Source: Octopus vulgaris (taxonomy: Eukaryota). From it: a stretch of 64,000 bases of DNA. The translations under genes and the position numbers were made by a program. The notes beneath the pieces were generated by a model. It ran no database searches. It worked only from the letters and a program-made list of their open reading frames with translations, and had not been told where the DNA came from. The stretch spans positions 124,620,001-124,684,000 of the forward strand of contig OX597820.1 in NCBI GenBank assembly GCA_951406725.2, in the 5' to 3' direction. This document shows, one piece after another, positions 40,755 through 54,625 of this stretch. Position 1 is the stretch's first letter, and each line of letters begins with the position of its first letter.

Positions 40755-41010
40755 ATTATCATCATCATCATCATTATCATCATTCAGATCACTCGGAATC
40801 TTGGGGTTAGTAACCTGCGCATTTAACCACTACGCCATATGTCCGTAGTGAATTTTAGGGCATATAAATTTAATATTTTCCTATATGCTATTCATATCTG
40901 CACTCGGTCTGCTTAGGAGGTTATTGTGTCCTAGCATAGGTACTGCTTCTTTTAGTTTTCGTATTTTCCATTGGTGTTCTATGCCTAATATTTTTAATTC
41001 GTCCCTCTGT
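40605..41010 (-). mobile_element. PLE family C fragment: GIY-YIG ORF end, tRNA-like head and expanded compound microsatellite
   Basis: Minus translation DELKILGIEHQWKIRKLKEAVPMLGHNNLLSRPSADMNSI, followed by ggacatatggcgtagtggttaa...ccccaagattccgag and (GAT)(AAC)(AAT)(GAA)n. Confidence 0.8.
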
Positions 41011-41261
41011 TGGATGAAGTGGAAACAATAGACAGAGAATAATAATGTGTGAAAATATACACCAAATGCAGCTATGGACGACCTCACTGGACTGCAGAAC
41101 ACATGCATCCGCGTCGGTTCCTTGTATCAGTTATAGAAATTGAATCTATCTTACATAGCCCACTAAAAATCACTGTGTTTATATGACAACGAAAGAAATG
41201 TTTGTGACATATTAGTCCTCCGGAACTGCTTTTCACCTCATGTCGTAGTAAAATTTTAATT

Positions 41262-41445
41262 GAGTGTTAATGCCACCAATTTTACCGATGTACAGAGAAG
41301 GACAGAGAGAGCAGAAGATACATTCAATGACGTTGTTAGAAGTGCAGGTGAAGGAGTCAGTGATATGATAGGGTCGGTGTTTGATGCCTGTGAGGAATGT
41401 GGTGTTGGAGAGGTAGGAGCAAGTGCAGCAGTCTGGGCGGACATA
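41262..41445 (-). mobile_element. PLE fragment (Neptune-like Cys linker plus GIY-YIG N-terminus)
   Basis: RPDCCTCSY...HITDSFTCTSNNVIECIFCSLCPSLYIGKIG matches the CxxC...FTCxSxNVIYxIxCxxC..YIGxTG pattern. Confidence 0.8.
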
Positions 41446-42331
41446 CACAAACATTATCCCCACAAATAAAAAGAAAAAAAACAGTGCTAACCATTCCGTG
41501 GTGTTTTACTTCACTAAATCTTATAGCTGCAGATTTTATGTCTCGACATAAGTCCTGGCTTTCAATCTTCTTACAAATACGATCTCAAAATTTGTCAGAA
41601 GCTGTATCGAAAGGTATTTGTCTGCTAAGTGTCCTGGATGTCATTTGAGTGTCAATAACATATGCTGCTAACTTGCTACCAAATCTATTTTACAGAGGAA
41701 AAGTATTAGTATTTTATTAATGGTAGTATCATTTAGACTCCAATTCCAGTCAGATGAGGAAGATAATTTATAAAACAACCTATGAGCATTAAAATATGCA
41801 ATTTAAATTCTGGTGTAGCATTTTCAGCTCTAAGTGAACTAAGAATTATACTAAGCAGAAATAAATGGTCTTAGAATATTGTCAAGTAATTCAAGCTTCT
41901 ACATCCATCAATGAGTTCCATATGTAAATTTTAATCGGAATTTTAGAAGCTAACTTCTTAATGTGTTACAAGAAAAGAGATAAATATTTTAAATAATCCT
42001 GGCCAATGAAATATCGTTTACGCCATTCTGTTCATGCGCTTTCGATCAGATACACTAGCACACGCGCGCATGCTCACACTCATACACCCACCCACTCACT
42101 CACAGGTACAGACACACGTGCGCGCCCACAGACACATACAAACACACACACGTATGAGTTATGCGTGTATATTTGCATATATGTATGTAAATATATATGC
42201 ACAAATATATATATATATATACATGTTTATGTATACGTACATACGCACATATACTTATATATGTATATATATATGCATATATACATAGGTATATATGTCT
42301 ATATGTTTGCAAAAGTATATATATCTATATC

Positions 42332-42484
<153 letters not shown>

Positions 42485-42654
42485 AGAGAGAGAGAGAGAT
42501 AGATAGGTAGATAGATAGATAGATAGATATATAGATAGATAGTTACTCTCTCTCCATAGATATATATTCATCACAACTGTCCAGCAAAGGGGGAAGCGGA
42601 CCATTGAGTGACAGTTCTGTGAACATTTGACAGCTTTAATGAAAGTATTCTGTT

Positions 42655-42847
42655 GTTCTTTTACTTGTTTCAGTAGCTTGACTGCGGCCATGCTGGAGGA
42701 CAAGTTGCAGTCGATCAAGTCGACTCCAGGATTTATTCTTGTAAGCCTAGTACTTATTACAGCGCTTTGTTTTTGCCAAACCACTAGTTTACGGTGACGT
42801 AAACACACCAACCTCGCTTGTCAAGCGATGATGTGGGGAGGGTCAAA

Positions 42848-42901
<54 letters not shown>

Positions 42902-42964
42902 CATTTGTAGTACCTCGGTTTCTCTTCTGTCTTTCCGATATCCATTACACATATATACATACAC

Positions 42965-43010
<46 letters not shown>

Positions 43011-43160
43011 CAAGCTTTTTTCGGTTTCCGTCTACCAAAGGCTTTCGTCGGCCCCAAGCTATAGTAGGAAACACTTGCCTAATGTGTCATGCAGTGGGAC
43101 TGAACATGGAACCATGTGGTTGGGAACCAACCTTGTTACCATCCAGCCACCCCTGCGCCT
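42655..43160 (-). mobile_element. SINE family A, diverged, with an expanded internal microsatellite
   Basis: cttttacttgtttcagt..gcggccatgctggag...gtttccgtctaccaaa...gcagtgggactgaac...cctgcgcct. Confidence 0.82.
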
Positions 43161-43166
43161 ACACAC

Positions 43167-43251
<85 letters not shown>

Positions 43252-43729
43252 CAGATGTTTACAAAAGCAATAGAATCATGGAATGGGTAAAAGGTTTTGA
43301 AGATTTAAATGTGAGATTAGTGTCTTGGATGGATTTCGCGTATAATTCGTAGGAGCAGCCAAACCAGAGGCGTGTCACACTGGTTCTAATTCAGTCTGGT
43401 ATTAAGTGTGTGCAGGACTATGTCATCTTGAATATTTTACATAATACTTCGATTGAAAAGGAGTCCTATTACTACACTCCTACTTCGTAACATTAAATCC
43501 ATATCTGCCCTCGCCTCTTGGTACCTCTTTGTACGTTGAATATCTTCTAATCAGACCAGATTAACACCTGGTTAGCGGCTCGCTTTATCTCAGCTAACAT
43601 GGTTTTACCGCTGTCGAACCGTTTCTGTTGGAGCCGCTGAAACTAACGGCTGGGATTGTTTCTCGTATGCAGTTAGCTTTAACTCCTATTTTAAAATCAG
43701 GTGCATTGATGATTTAGAAATATCAAGAG

Positions 43730-43784
<55 letters not shown>

Positions 43785-43972
43785 TACTGGCTGTTTTTGA
43801 AAGCGACAAGCTAATCACGTTTTGCTTTCGATGCCATGTGTGTCTACAAACCTGTTACACAAGAACAAAAGATATATGAAAATCTGATGAATAATGCAGA
43901 TAATATTATTTGAACAGAAATTCTTTAGGTAGAGGTTTGAACATGGTAAATCTTTTCTGAGTCACCTGCATT

Positions 43973-44011
<39 letters not shown>

Positions 44012-44041
44012 GACGTATACTTATATATATATATTTTATAA

Positions 44042-44089
<48 letters not shown>

Positions 44090-44898
44090 GATAGATGTAT
44101 AAATATATATATTAAAGCTATCAGCGCTTAAGAATCAGCGTGAAATGGCTAAGGAAAATAGTCTAATAATGGGGACAGAAAAAAGTAGTATTTCCCATAT
44201 ATATATATATATGTATCACTAAATGTGATGACAACTTGAATGCAGTCGTTTGGAACGGTCTTTTCTTTGAAGACATGACACAGACTATAATGTCAGTGTA
44301 GACAGAGATACAATAAGAAAACAAGACACACAGCCAGTTGTTACTTTGTATATATAAGTTAAAGTGACATAGTCAACGGAATCGCATAAATATCGTGAAA
44401 CATCATTGGCTTGAAATTTGAAGTAATTAAAAAAAGTGAGAGGCAGAAACAATGAGAGAGATAGCGAGAAATAAAGGGAGAAGGAAGGGGAAGGAGAGAT
44501 AGTACATAAGACCCACGAAATCATCGCTGCTTGACCATCCGGCTATGTCCGAATGAAAAAGAAAATTTAAAAAAACTAGTATTAATTACATTAGTATTTA
44601 TGTTCGAACGAATAAAAACTTAAGAAAAGGCGGATACAGGGTAGGGGTAAAACGAAATAATAGTCGTTATATCCAAAGAAAATGTAAGTGGCGCTTGAAA
44701 AGACCAGCAAGGCGAACAATGGAAGTTGAATCACAGAGACAAAATAAACAAAATATATACAAAAACAGAAGCAAGAAGACAAATCATCATTGGGTAATGA
44801 ATTTCATCGATAGGACATCGGGATAGAACGGACTAGGTACATAACATAAAAGTTTGAATATGATTGTAAGTGTGGACGTGTATATATGTGCCTATATG

Positions 44899-45291
44899 AT
44901 TTCTTTACAACCCACAAGTGGCCAAACACAGCGGGGACAGAGAAGGACAGACAAACGGATTAAGTCGATTACATCGACCCCAGTGCATAACTGGTACTTA
45001 ATTTATCGACCCCGAAAGGATGAAAGACAAAGTCGACCTCGGCGGAATTTGAACTCAGAACGTAACGGCAGACGAAATACCTATTTCTTTACTACCCACA
45101 AGGGGCTAAACCCAGAGGGGACGAACAAGGACAGACACACGGATTAAGTCGATTACATCGACCCCAGTGCGAAACTGGTACTTATTTAATCGACCCCGAA
45201 AGGATGAAAGGCAAAGTCGACCTCGGCGGAATTTGAACTCAGAACGTAGCGGCAGACGAAATACCGCTAAGCATTTCGCCCGGCGCGCTAA
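44899..45291 (-). mobile_element. SINE family B tandem dimer
   Basis: Two ~180-bp body units joined at gacgaaatacc|tatttctttac (~45081). Confidence 0.88.
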
Positions 45292-46662
45292 TGTGTGTGT
45301 GTTTGTGTGTAGGAACATGGTAGAGAGAGTGAGAAGGAGAAGAGAGGAAGCGTATTTTTCCCGTACATGTATATTTATGCCTATTTCGTATATTTCGTAA
45401 ATTATTGGCTCGAAATGGTCAAGCTGATCTAAACGACCTCATATATATCCCACTTCATTGATGTAGTGTTTCGATGATTTATTTAAATTAGTTGTTTTGA
45501 AGTTTATTATAGGATACTGATATATCGGAGAAGATACTTTGAAATCTCAAAATTTATTAAAGCTGCTTATTTTCCATTTTGCAAATTTGATGGCAGGTTT
45601 AGTGAAAGGCCACCTGCAATTTTATAGTCAGTTATAACTTTGTATAATTTCGCATTTCCGCAAGAATCATTTCTGTTGCATTGGACTACCTTCCTCTCCA
45701 TATAACCACCACCGCGTTTACTATAATATATGGGAGGGCAGAATAAAGTCTTCCAAGTAATTTCCTCCTTCCTTCAGTAACTGAATTAGCAATTATTTCC
45801 GGGAATGTAATATGCGCTCGGCAGAAATATATAATATATTCTGTAGCCTTAAACTGAATTCAATAACTTCATCAATTCAGCAATCATAACGTTATATAAA
45901 CTCTATAATAGTTATATTCCAGTTTAGTAATTGACACGTAGCCTCTCCTGTACATTATGCGCAAAATTTCTGATGAGTTTTGTAATTTGGATTGAGACTT
46001 TGGTAGGGGTGTATTCATGTTGTTCTCTTTCGTACGAACGTCTGCATACCATTCCTCGGTTATATAAGATTGGACAGTTGTGTTTCTTGGATGGAATCAA
46101 CTTGGCTTCCTCTAATATCTCCCTTGTGTAAACTCCATGATTTTTATTTTTATATGATTTTATTGAACATATGACAGTTGGGCAAACATTTTAAACCTAC
46201 TGTATTGAAAGTTAAAAATAATATCAAAATAAAAGTTTTTAATTTAAACAGATGTTATAGATGATGTTAAGAGGAGAATGTTAGTAAGAATCACTAACGC
46301 TTTACTGGTAATGTATTTTATCTACGTTCTACAAATAACGTAGAGCATACGGCTATTCTACTAACACTCTCCAATACCACGCCTAAAACTTTAGTAACAA
46401 CAACCGTACATGTGGCACTCAGTTAATATGACCGAGAATGCGTGTTTACATACACACACACATACTCTGTTATTCTGCTGCTCGGGCAGAGCAACTGGAT
46501 GTCACTTGTATGGTATATATGTATGTATGTATGTATAAATATGCGTATGTCACACATACACACACACTCATATATATATATATATACATACATACACACA
46601 CACACGAACACACACAGACACACACACACACACACACACACATACACACACACATATATATA

Positions 46663-47036
46663 TCTCTCTCTATATAAACGGCAGTTTGTCTGTGCGTGTT
46701 TCTGTGTGTCTGTTTGCTTGTACCTTCACCCTGACCACGGCTTTCAACCGATTCTGATGAAACTTGACACACACATAGCCCAATGTCATAATTCAAAACT
46801 AACGCAGCGAAAATTTTGAAAAGTTCCCCAGTTCTGAAAAAAATCGATAAATTCGACATGGGGTCCAGAATCAGAAACACAAACTGTCTAGGGGACGAAA
46901 CTCCACCTTTTTTAACTAAAAAAAAATTTACCATCATTTTTTCCCATTTTTTTGCTATTTTTTGGCTATAACTCTCTAAAAATGCTTTATAGTTATTTCC
47001 CTTACAAACCTGAGCAACGCCGGGCGATACTGCTAG
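46663..47036 (+). mobile_element. Non-autonomous Helitron (~370 bp)
   Basis: A|TC 5' end, subterminal GC-rich imperfect hairpin cctgagcaacgccggg (47009-47024), CTAG|T 3' end, and no TSD seen. Confidence 0.75.
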
Positions 47037-47050
47037 TATATATATATATA

Positions 47051-47205
47051 CCACTTAATAATCTCAATGGAGGCAATGCAAGCGGTAACTAGAGGAACAT
47101 TTGGAAATGTAAAACAATATACGTATATATTTGATTTTGAGTGTGGTTATTAATTACGTTCCTCTAGTTTCCGCTTGCATTGCCTCCATTGAGATTATTA
47201 AGCGG
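47051..47205. repeat. 48-bp inverted repeat with a 59-bp spacer (MITE/foldback-like)
   Basis: 47051-47098 matches the reverse complement of 47158-47205 with 2 mismatches. Confidence 0.85.
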
Positions 47206-47292
47206 AAGATACCTTACTTGGAGCACAACAACTCCAGCCTGCATTTTATTTACGGGTATTGTTAACACTAGCAATCTCAAAATAAAGCAGTG

Positions 47293-47334
<42 letters not shown>

Positions 47335-47367
47335 GCACACACAATAACTGAATGTCACCTGTATAAC

Positions 47368-47425
<58 letters not shown>

Positions 47426-50351
47426 AGAAATGATAAAATGGTGTAATATAACGCAATCCACAGTGTGCTCAACAGTATGACTCTCAATATTTCTTTACTA
47501 TGGGCACTTGAATATTCCTCACTTTGACCTTTGCATTTTTTATATTTCCATCAATCCTTCTGAGTCGTTACAATATAAGGAACTGTAACTGATTATATCG
47601 AACATACCGTCCTAAATGTTTATGTAATTGAGCAAATACTAGAAATAAGGATCCCTGAAGCACTTACAATATGAGCAGATATGGTTTTAGAGTAGCTTAT
47701 CCGCAAACATGTCACTTAATATATGTTTACACATATCTGAAATGTATCTAATGATGTATACATTGAAAATTAAGAAATATATCTTTCATAAAGATAATGA
47801 GCTCCTATAAAATAAAGAATATACACCAGTAACCTCACACAATCGACTCAATTCCAATACAGTTATTACTTAGCATATGATTATGAACATCTCATAGTAT
47901 ATACTATACGAACTGAACCGTAAAAGTAGAACAACTCTGAATATGATGGAGTAATTTTGTTTTAAATATGGTTATGACAACTCTTATACGATGTAATTTA
48001 AAATGCACGGTTTTAATGTAAGCCATTCGTCAAACAAATGCAACTCTGAAATAAAGACGGCCACATTCCACCATTGCCGTCTTCTCAAAACACCTTATGT
48101 GAAATCAATGAAGTCTTCGGTCTTAGTTTTCGAAAGTTGATGTAAAGTGTTTATTTTTTAAATCTCGGTTTATTAATTAATAGCATGGCTCTTTATTCTG
48201 AGTCTATTGTCAGTCTCTGATTGCATTATTTTAGACGTATATTTTGGACAAAGAATGTTTATGCTAACATTGCAATCGCATTCAAATCAACCAATATTAT
48301 ATGACAAAAATATGAAATAAATGTTCTCTATAGAAACTAGAGGAACGAATTCTTTCTACAATAGAACGGGAAGAAAATCAATAAATTCAAGTTGTATTGG
48401 TGCTTTTGAGGCTGATCTCTTATTGTAATTCCAAATGTTACATTTGAATTAAATATTGCAAGTCAGCTTTTAATAGGAAACATTTCTTCTTCTTGAAACA
48501 TATTATAAAATCAATTGTTGGGAAAATTAACGATGATTATTAAAAAGAAATATAACAAAAGTAATAACTTTGCTGTCATCTGTTTACTTGTTTACTTAGC
48601 ATCGTATAAATTAGTTATGGATTTTCTTTCAAAGACATCTTGGGAAATGTTTCAAAATTGATTGCTTTTTCAGACAGATTGGTGTTTAAAATACTATCCA
48701 TTTATTATTTTCATTTTATTTTATTTGATTTAATAAAATCCAATCTCTAATTTTAGTGTGACCTGCTTGTTCGCGAATAAAATTTCAGTCTTTCAATAAT
48801 TAATAGAAAATATCCGAATGCTCATCTTTTTCGAAATTAACATGATGTTTCGAACCTGTTTATAGCTACAGAGACATATTCACAGGATTTTGAGAAATGT
48901 GACAGTTTGCATAGGTATATATAAGTGTAGCAATACATCAGAAGAGATGTGTGATGAGACTGGTGTCATGTGATGTGTTCCTCATTTCGTTCTTAGTTTC
49001 AGTTGCTATGTTTTTGCACTTGCCAAATGTTTGATGAAATATTTACCGGCCAAGTGGATAAGGGATTTAACTGAATACACATACCTTGAAAACTATGTTT
49101 GCCGGTGTGCTTTTGCTGGACATCAATATGGTAAAAGCCGAAAAGAGGAGATACTGTATAGGCATGTGTTATATAGAGGAAGAAGAATTTAAATATTTAA
49201 GCAATTAACTACATGAGGATGATTCAGGCCAAAATTTCGTTCGTACATTCAATTACACACCAAATTTTGTAAGACGCTGTAAAATTGTCGACAGCTTTCA
49301 TAAATTTCTACTGAATATAAAATACAACGCCTCTAAACTAAATTATATTACAATGTGCTATTTATAAGTCTTTGTTCTTACTCAAATTATAAATTCTGAA
49401 GCTGACAGCTATATACAATATAATTGTTTTTAAATTGCTTACTTTTATGGACCACACTACAATCAGGATATCAGCAAAACATTCAGTATATGTATGTGCA
49501 TTTGTGTTTGTCCGCGTATACGTATGTGTCTACGTATATTTATATACATATGTATGTATGTGTATGTGTGTATAAATATGCACACATACACATATGCATG
49601 TGTATGTGTGCGAATATATCTATCGTAAGATCATGCACTTCAGGTCTTCCGCTGCAACGGACATCACTGTATATTATACAGGTATATTTAAAGCAAAATT
49701 CGTATTCATTCGTTAGGTGAGGTGATAATAGGTCACAACTGAATACTCTGACAGATGAAGAACACAGAACGAATTCTTCTATTCGTAAGTAGAAATAGAT
49801 TTATCGATTTTTAATAACTGTTGCGGATTTTCATACTAATGAGGAGAAAAAATACATAGTAAGTATTGACTTATTTTTAAGCACATAGTTGAAGATCATC
49901 TTTGCTATCAGTCCTATAACCTAAATACATACATTATTATGAAACAGCTTTAAGGGTTTTAACATAAATGCTGTGATGTATGCATTACTTACGTAAGCGT
50001 CATGGAAACAAACTGTAAAGCCATATAATGTAAATATTTCCCAGATTCGACTAAAAAAATACCTGAAATATATTAAAATTTGCAAAAATGATCCATTCAC
50101 TAGCTATATAATACAATCGTATTCTTGAGGATATTATAATGATGTAAGTATGCATACACGCTCAGACACCAACCTACACACACTCAGACACACATACACA
50201 CCTTCACACATACATTTCTATACATATATCTATAGATAGATATATAACTAGATAGATAGAGAGATAGGTAATATCTAAATGCGTGACGCAGTGTAAATAG
50301 CATTCTCCGAATGATCTATAGCCTTTAGACATCGAAATGTCACTTGAAACA

Positions 50352-50421
50352 TCCAATACACCTTTCACCGTTGCAGCTATGTAGAGTTCGAAATAGCTGC
50401 AATGGTGAAAGGTGTATTGGA
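50352..50421. repeat. 70-nt near-perfect hairpin
   Basis: tccaatacacctttcaccgttgcagctat-[12-nt loop]-atagctgcaatggtgaaaggtgtattgga: 29 bp with one G-U pair. Confidence 0.9.
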
Positions 50422-50477
50422 GCTAAATATCTATACTAATGTTTATCTTAATTATCCACTAAGCATGCACTTTATTT

Positions 50478-50832
50478 ATATTATTTACATTTGACGGATA
50501 TTTGTCTTCATCTTGTTTGTTGTTATCCCTCCAGCCTTCATCAGGTGTCTTAGGGAAATTTCGAACCTGGGTTCTCATTCTTATGGTATGCCCGTGGGCA
50601 ATTAAGGAGTGAATTTTAGGGCTTATAAATCTAATATTTTCCTATCTTTCCTTAATACCGGTTCCCATATGCTATTCATATCTGCACTCGAACTGCTTAG
50701 GAGGTCGTTCTGTCCTAGCATATGTGCCGCTTTTAGTTTTTGTATTTTCCAGTGGTGTTCTCTGTCTACTATTTTAACTTCATCCGACGGTGGGATCTCC
50801 ATTTTCCATACATGATCAGCTATACCCGATTT
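50478..50832 (-). mobile_element. PLE family C, 5'-truncated: GIY-YIG C-terminus plus internally deleted pLTR
   Basis: Minus translation KSGIADHVWK..DEVKIVDREHHWKIQKLKAAHMLGQNDLLSSSSADMNSIWEPVLRKDRKILDL*. The tRNA/AAT block is deleted at ~50588; gacacctgatgaaggctgg is retained. Confidence 0.85.
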
Positions 50833-50835
50833 ATC

Positions 50836-50906
50836 AATGTTGTTATAATAATAATAATAATAATAATAGTAATAATAATAAAAATAATAATAACAACAAC
50901 AACAAC

Positions 50907-50968
<62 letters not shown>

Positions 50969-51049
50969 CATCGAAAAATAACTTATGAATAGGAACCCAA
51001 GTTCCAAATTTCCCCAAGATACCTGATGACGGCTGGAGGGTATATCAGC
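50836..51049 (+). mobile_element. Inverted partial pLTR of family C (AAT run plus the 5' part of the HHR)
   Basis: (AAT)n-catcgaaaaata...aaatttccccaagatacctgatgacggctggagggtatatcagc, in the opposite orientation to 50478-50832. Confidence 0.82.
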
Positions 51050-51469
51050 ACAATCCGGTCGAGAAACAGGTGGTTCTTGTTGCTTGAAAGGGAAGACGAC
51101 CCTTCAAAACGGCGTTTTTTCTTTGGTTGTCGTTCACCTATTTTCGTTTTTCGAATCTCTTCCAAGTGGTTGGAAAATATCGTAAACGTTACGTCTAATT
51201 CATAAGCAAGCTCTTGAACAGTTGTGCGTGGATTGGCTTCGACTAAGGCTCTTAGTTAATCGTTATCAACATCTGATGGCCGACCACTACGCTTATCATC
51301 TTCAAGACTCTCGTCACTGCTACGAAATTTCTTGAGCCACATATGCTGTGCATTCATTAGTGTTTCCTGGAACAAAAACATATTTGATATCGCGAGCTGT
51401 CTCAGCAGCTTTTCGGCCTAGCTTGAGCTGGAATGAGAAAAAAATTTTGCTGATTTGCATTTTGTCCAT
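51050..51469 (-). mobile_element. Mariner transposase pseudogene, N-terminal half
   Basis: MDKMQI..F..KLGRKAAETARDI..GNTNECT / DESLEDDKRSGRPSDVDND*LRALVEANPRTTVQELA / RRFEGSSSL..FLDRIV. These are the HTH domains up to just before the first catalytic Asp. Confidence 0.88.
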
Positions 51470-51656
51470 GTTGTATTCAACGTTCCGGAAAAATGGAGAA
51501 ATCATTCAAAAAGAATAAGAGTAACACGATTAGAGCTAAACACGCGCTTCAAAAGGATATTTAAAGTCAAAGTAATTTAACGAAAATTAATTTTAAAATA
51601 TTTCGTTTTTGGATTTGGTTTGCAAGATTCTTTATATGAGATCCTGTGTTGAAGCA

Positions 51657-51948
51657 TATTCTGTTGTGTCTGGGGAGAGTCATTTTTTTTTTGTGCCTTA
51701 TTATTTAACACACTCACCGGTAAAATTTCCATTTATTTCTTATTTTTAATTTCCTAAAATTTTCGTTGCGTGTTGCAGCCTTTTCAATAGTTTTGACTAT
51801 AACGGGCAGAGTCAAAACTATTGAAAGGTTTGCAACACGCAACGAAAATTTTAGGAAAATGAAAATAAAAAATAAGTGGAAATTTTAACGGTGAGTGTGT
51901 TAAATAATAAGGCACAAAAAAATTACTCTCCCCAGACACAACAGAATA
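51657..51948. repeat. ~290-bp palindrome (arms of ~140 bp, 11-nt loop), foldback/MITE-like
   Basis: 51657-51798 is an imperfect reverse complement of 51810-51948. Confidence 0.9.
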
Positions 51949-52918
51949 ATTTGAAAATATACCATTTAAAATCAAAATTCCGCAAGAACGTTCTAGACAA
52001 CCTAATATATGTGGATAGATAAATAGATAAATAGAAAGAATAACTGAATAAGGAGAGAGAGAGAGAGAGATAGAGGATGAGAGTGAGAATGACAGAGAGA
52101 GGCAGACAGGGGGAGGAGAGAGAAAGTTGGGAGTGTGTATGAATGTATATAAGTTTGCTGGATAAAATTACTCACCTCTATAGCTGATTTCACATTACAA
52201 TTATTGGAATGACGAAATACGTGTAAGTTTTCGTTATAATGTCTAATTAGAAATTTCAAGTATGTAATAATGCTTTCGTGCAATTTTCTGTTTCACCCAC
52301 CCGTTTATATCGATATACAGAAAAATCTCGTATCTGATTACAAGTAAGTTTACTTTTAATATTGACTTAAATTATTAGTCTCGAATTGTTCATTATATCA
52401 TAGACACTAATGAGATCATAAGGAAGAAAACACCGTAAGTATGGTTTGGCTAGTATAGTTTTTAATGGTATGCAATATTTTTTCGGAAGTAATGATAATT
52501 ACCAATATTCCATGATATTTTGAATGTATGCAATATCCTATATGTTATTCTGACTAAATAATGTACGAGACCGAAAGACAAACTGAACCATACGATTTTA
52601 TTTCTCTCGTGGATAAACTTAAAATTGCACATAAGTAATCGTTGTTTAAATATTATCTCTGAGACATTTAACGAGTGGCATCTATAGTAGAATCATATTA
52701 TAATGATTATGTCCCGTAACTATTCCTCATAGCAAATTGTCACATCATTTTCTGAATTTATTTTTATTTATTTATTTGCTTATTCATTTCAATACTTCGA
52801 AACCGAGGGGCAGTGAAACTATGAAATTAGATACTTCCCTTGTGTTAGATACTTCCTCTCTACATTTATCCGTTCAAATATATCGATATCGACATCATTT
52901 TCATCGAAAGTAAACAAA

Positions 52919-53340
52919 AGGTGCAGGAGTGGCTGTGTGGTAAGTAGCTTGTTTACCAATCACATGGTTCCGGGTTCAGTCCCACTGCGTGGCAACTTGG
53001 GCAAGTGTCTTCTACTATAGCCTCGAGCCGACCAAAGCCTTGTGAGTGGATTTGGTAGATGGAAACTGAAAGAAGCCCGTCGTATATATGTATATATATA
53101 TATATATATATATGCGTGTGTGTGTTTGTGTGTCTGTGTTTGTCCCCCTAGCATTGTTTGACAACAGATGCTGGTGTGTTTATGTCCCCGTTACTTAGCG
53201 GTTCGGCAAAAGAGAGCGATAGAATAAGTACTGGGCTTACAAAAGAATAAGTCCCTGGGTCGAGTTGCTCGATTAAATGTGGTGCTCCAGCATGGCCGCA
53301 GTCAAATGACTGAAACAAGTAAAAGAGAAAAGAGAAAGAG
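52919..53340 (+). mobile_element. SINE family A, full length
   Basis: ggtgcaggagtggctgtgtggtaag (A box), gggttcagtccc (B box), tail aaaagagaaaagag. Confidence 0.92.
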
Positions 53341-54312
53341 AAAAATAATTACCTGCATTCCATCTCTATGACTAGCGTTTTAATGCAAATAATTTTTCAT
53401 TTTCAGATTTCTATTTCTTATTGAGAGTAATTCCAGGTTATGTTACCCACCTTCTGTTCCATCCACGCAATATAACATCTTGCTTCAATGAGAACCTCTC
53501 ACCTTTTTTCTCTCACTTTCTCTTGTTCTATCTCTCACTTCCTCTTGTTCTATCTCTCACCCTCTGTTTATCTGTCTCTATCTTCCTTTCTTTCTCACTC
53601 ACTCTCTTGTTTTTCTTTCTTTCTCGAGCAGTTAGTTTCCAATTTATTTTCACTGCCAACTAAAAAGTTAATTCTGAAGCAGACATAAAACATAAATAAG
53701 TTCCTATTATAATGGTATTCATACGTTGACAATTCATGGATCTTTCTTAATTCTGTTTTATCCCCTAGCAATTGTCGTTATAGGAAATTCACCTCTCGTA
53801 TTATAATCCATCAGGCGTAGAATATATGATAATTTAAGTATTTCGAGAATGATATTACAATTTATATTCATGTATGCATCACGACTATCTTTGTCATGAC
53901 ATTAGCTCTTATCACTTTCGACTAAATTGCTACATCATGAGATGTTAAGTGCTAGCAAATAAGGTTTTATAACAGGGATGCTTCACAAAGGTTGTCACAC
54001 CATAAACCGAAGTGATATGCGATGAACTTATCAAAGATAGAAAGTCCTATGCTGCATTGTATGCGTACAGGAGCAGATCGGCATTAGCAATTTTTTTTTT
54101 AGTGCAAAAGCTAATTAGGTATTATGCTAAGAACATCACCATCTGTTAACGAGTATTTCAGAATTATTTTACTTTCACTTGGATTGGAGGTGACGAAGCA
54201 AAAAACATGATCTTGCAGAAATAAGTAACTGCATTAGCATAATGAATGAAACACAAGCACACACACGCACACACACACACATACACACACACACACATAC
54301 ACACACACACAC

Positions 54313-54347
<35 letters not shown>

Positions 54348-54625
54348 ACTAAATTAATGTGTAATTTGAATATATGCACATACTTCAATCTGAGTCTTCG
54401 CAGAAATCCTTGCATCTATATTAAACAACAGAAAATTATTCCAAAGATGATGTATAAAAAAAGAACACCTATAGAGTCAGTCGCAGATGGACACGAAAAT
54501 CTGTACACAGCTTCTTTTATCATGGTTGAATGACAGACCGAAATGTCTCTTAGTAAAATCTGCCGATGAGAATGCTGCTGCTGCTGATGATGATGATGGT
54601 GATTATGCGGACACCAGTTATTATA

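Noticed and set aside
41500-41720. Minus-strand acceptor-like site (tactaat..ttttcctctg..ag) and a short frame FGSKLAAYVIDTQ..
   Set aside because: All three frames hit stops, there is no recognisable homology, and no partner exons are evident.
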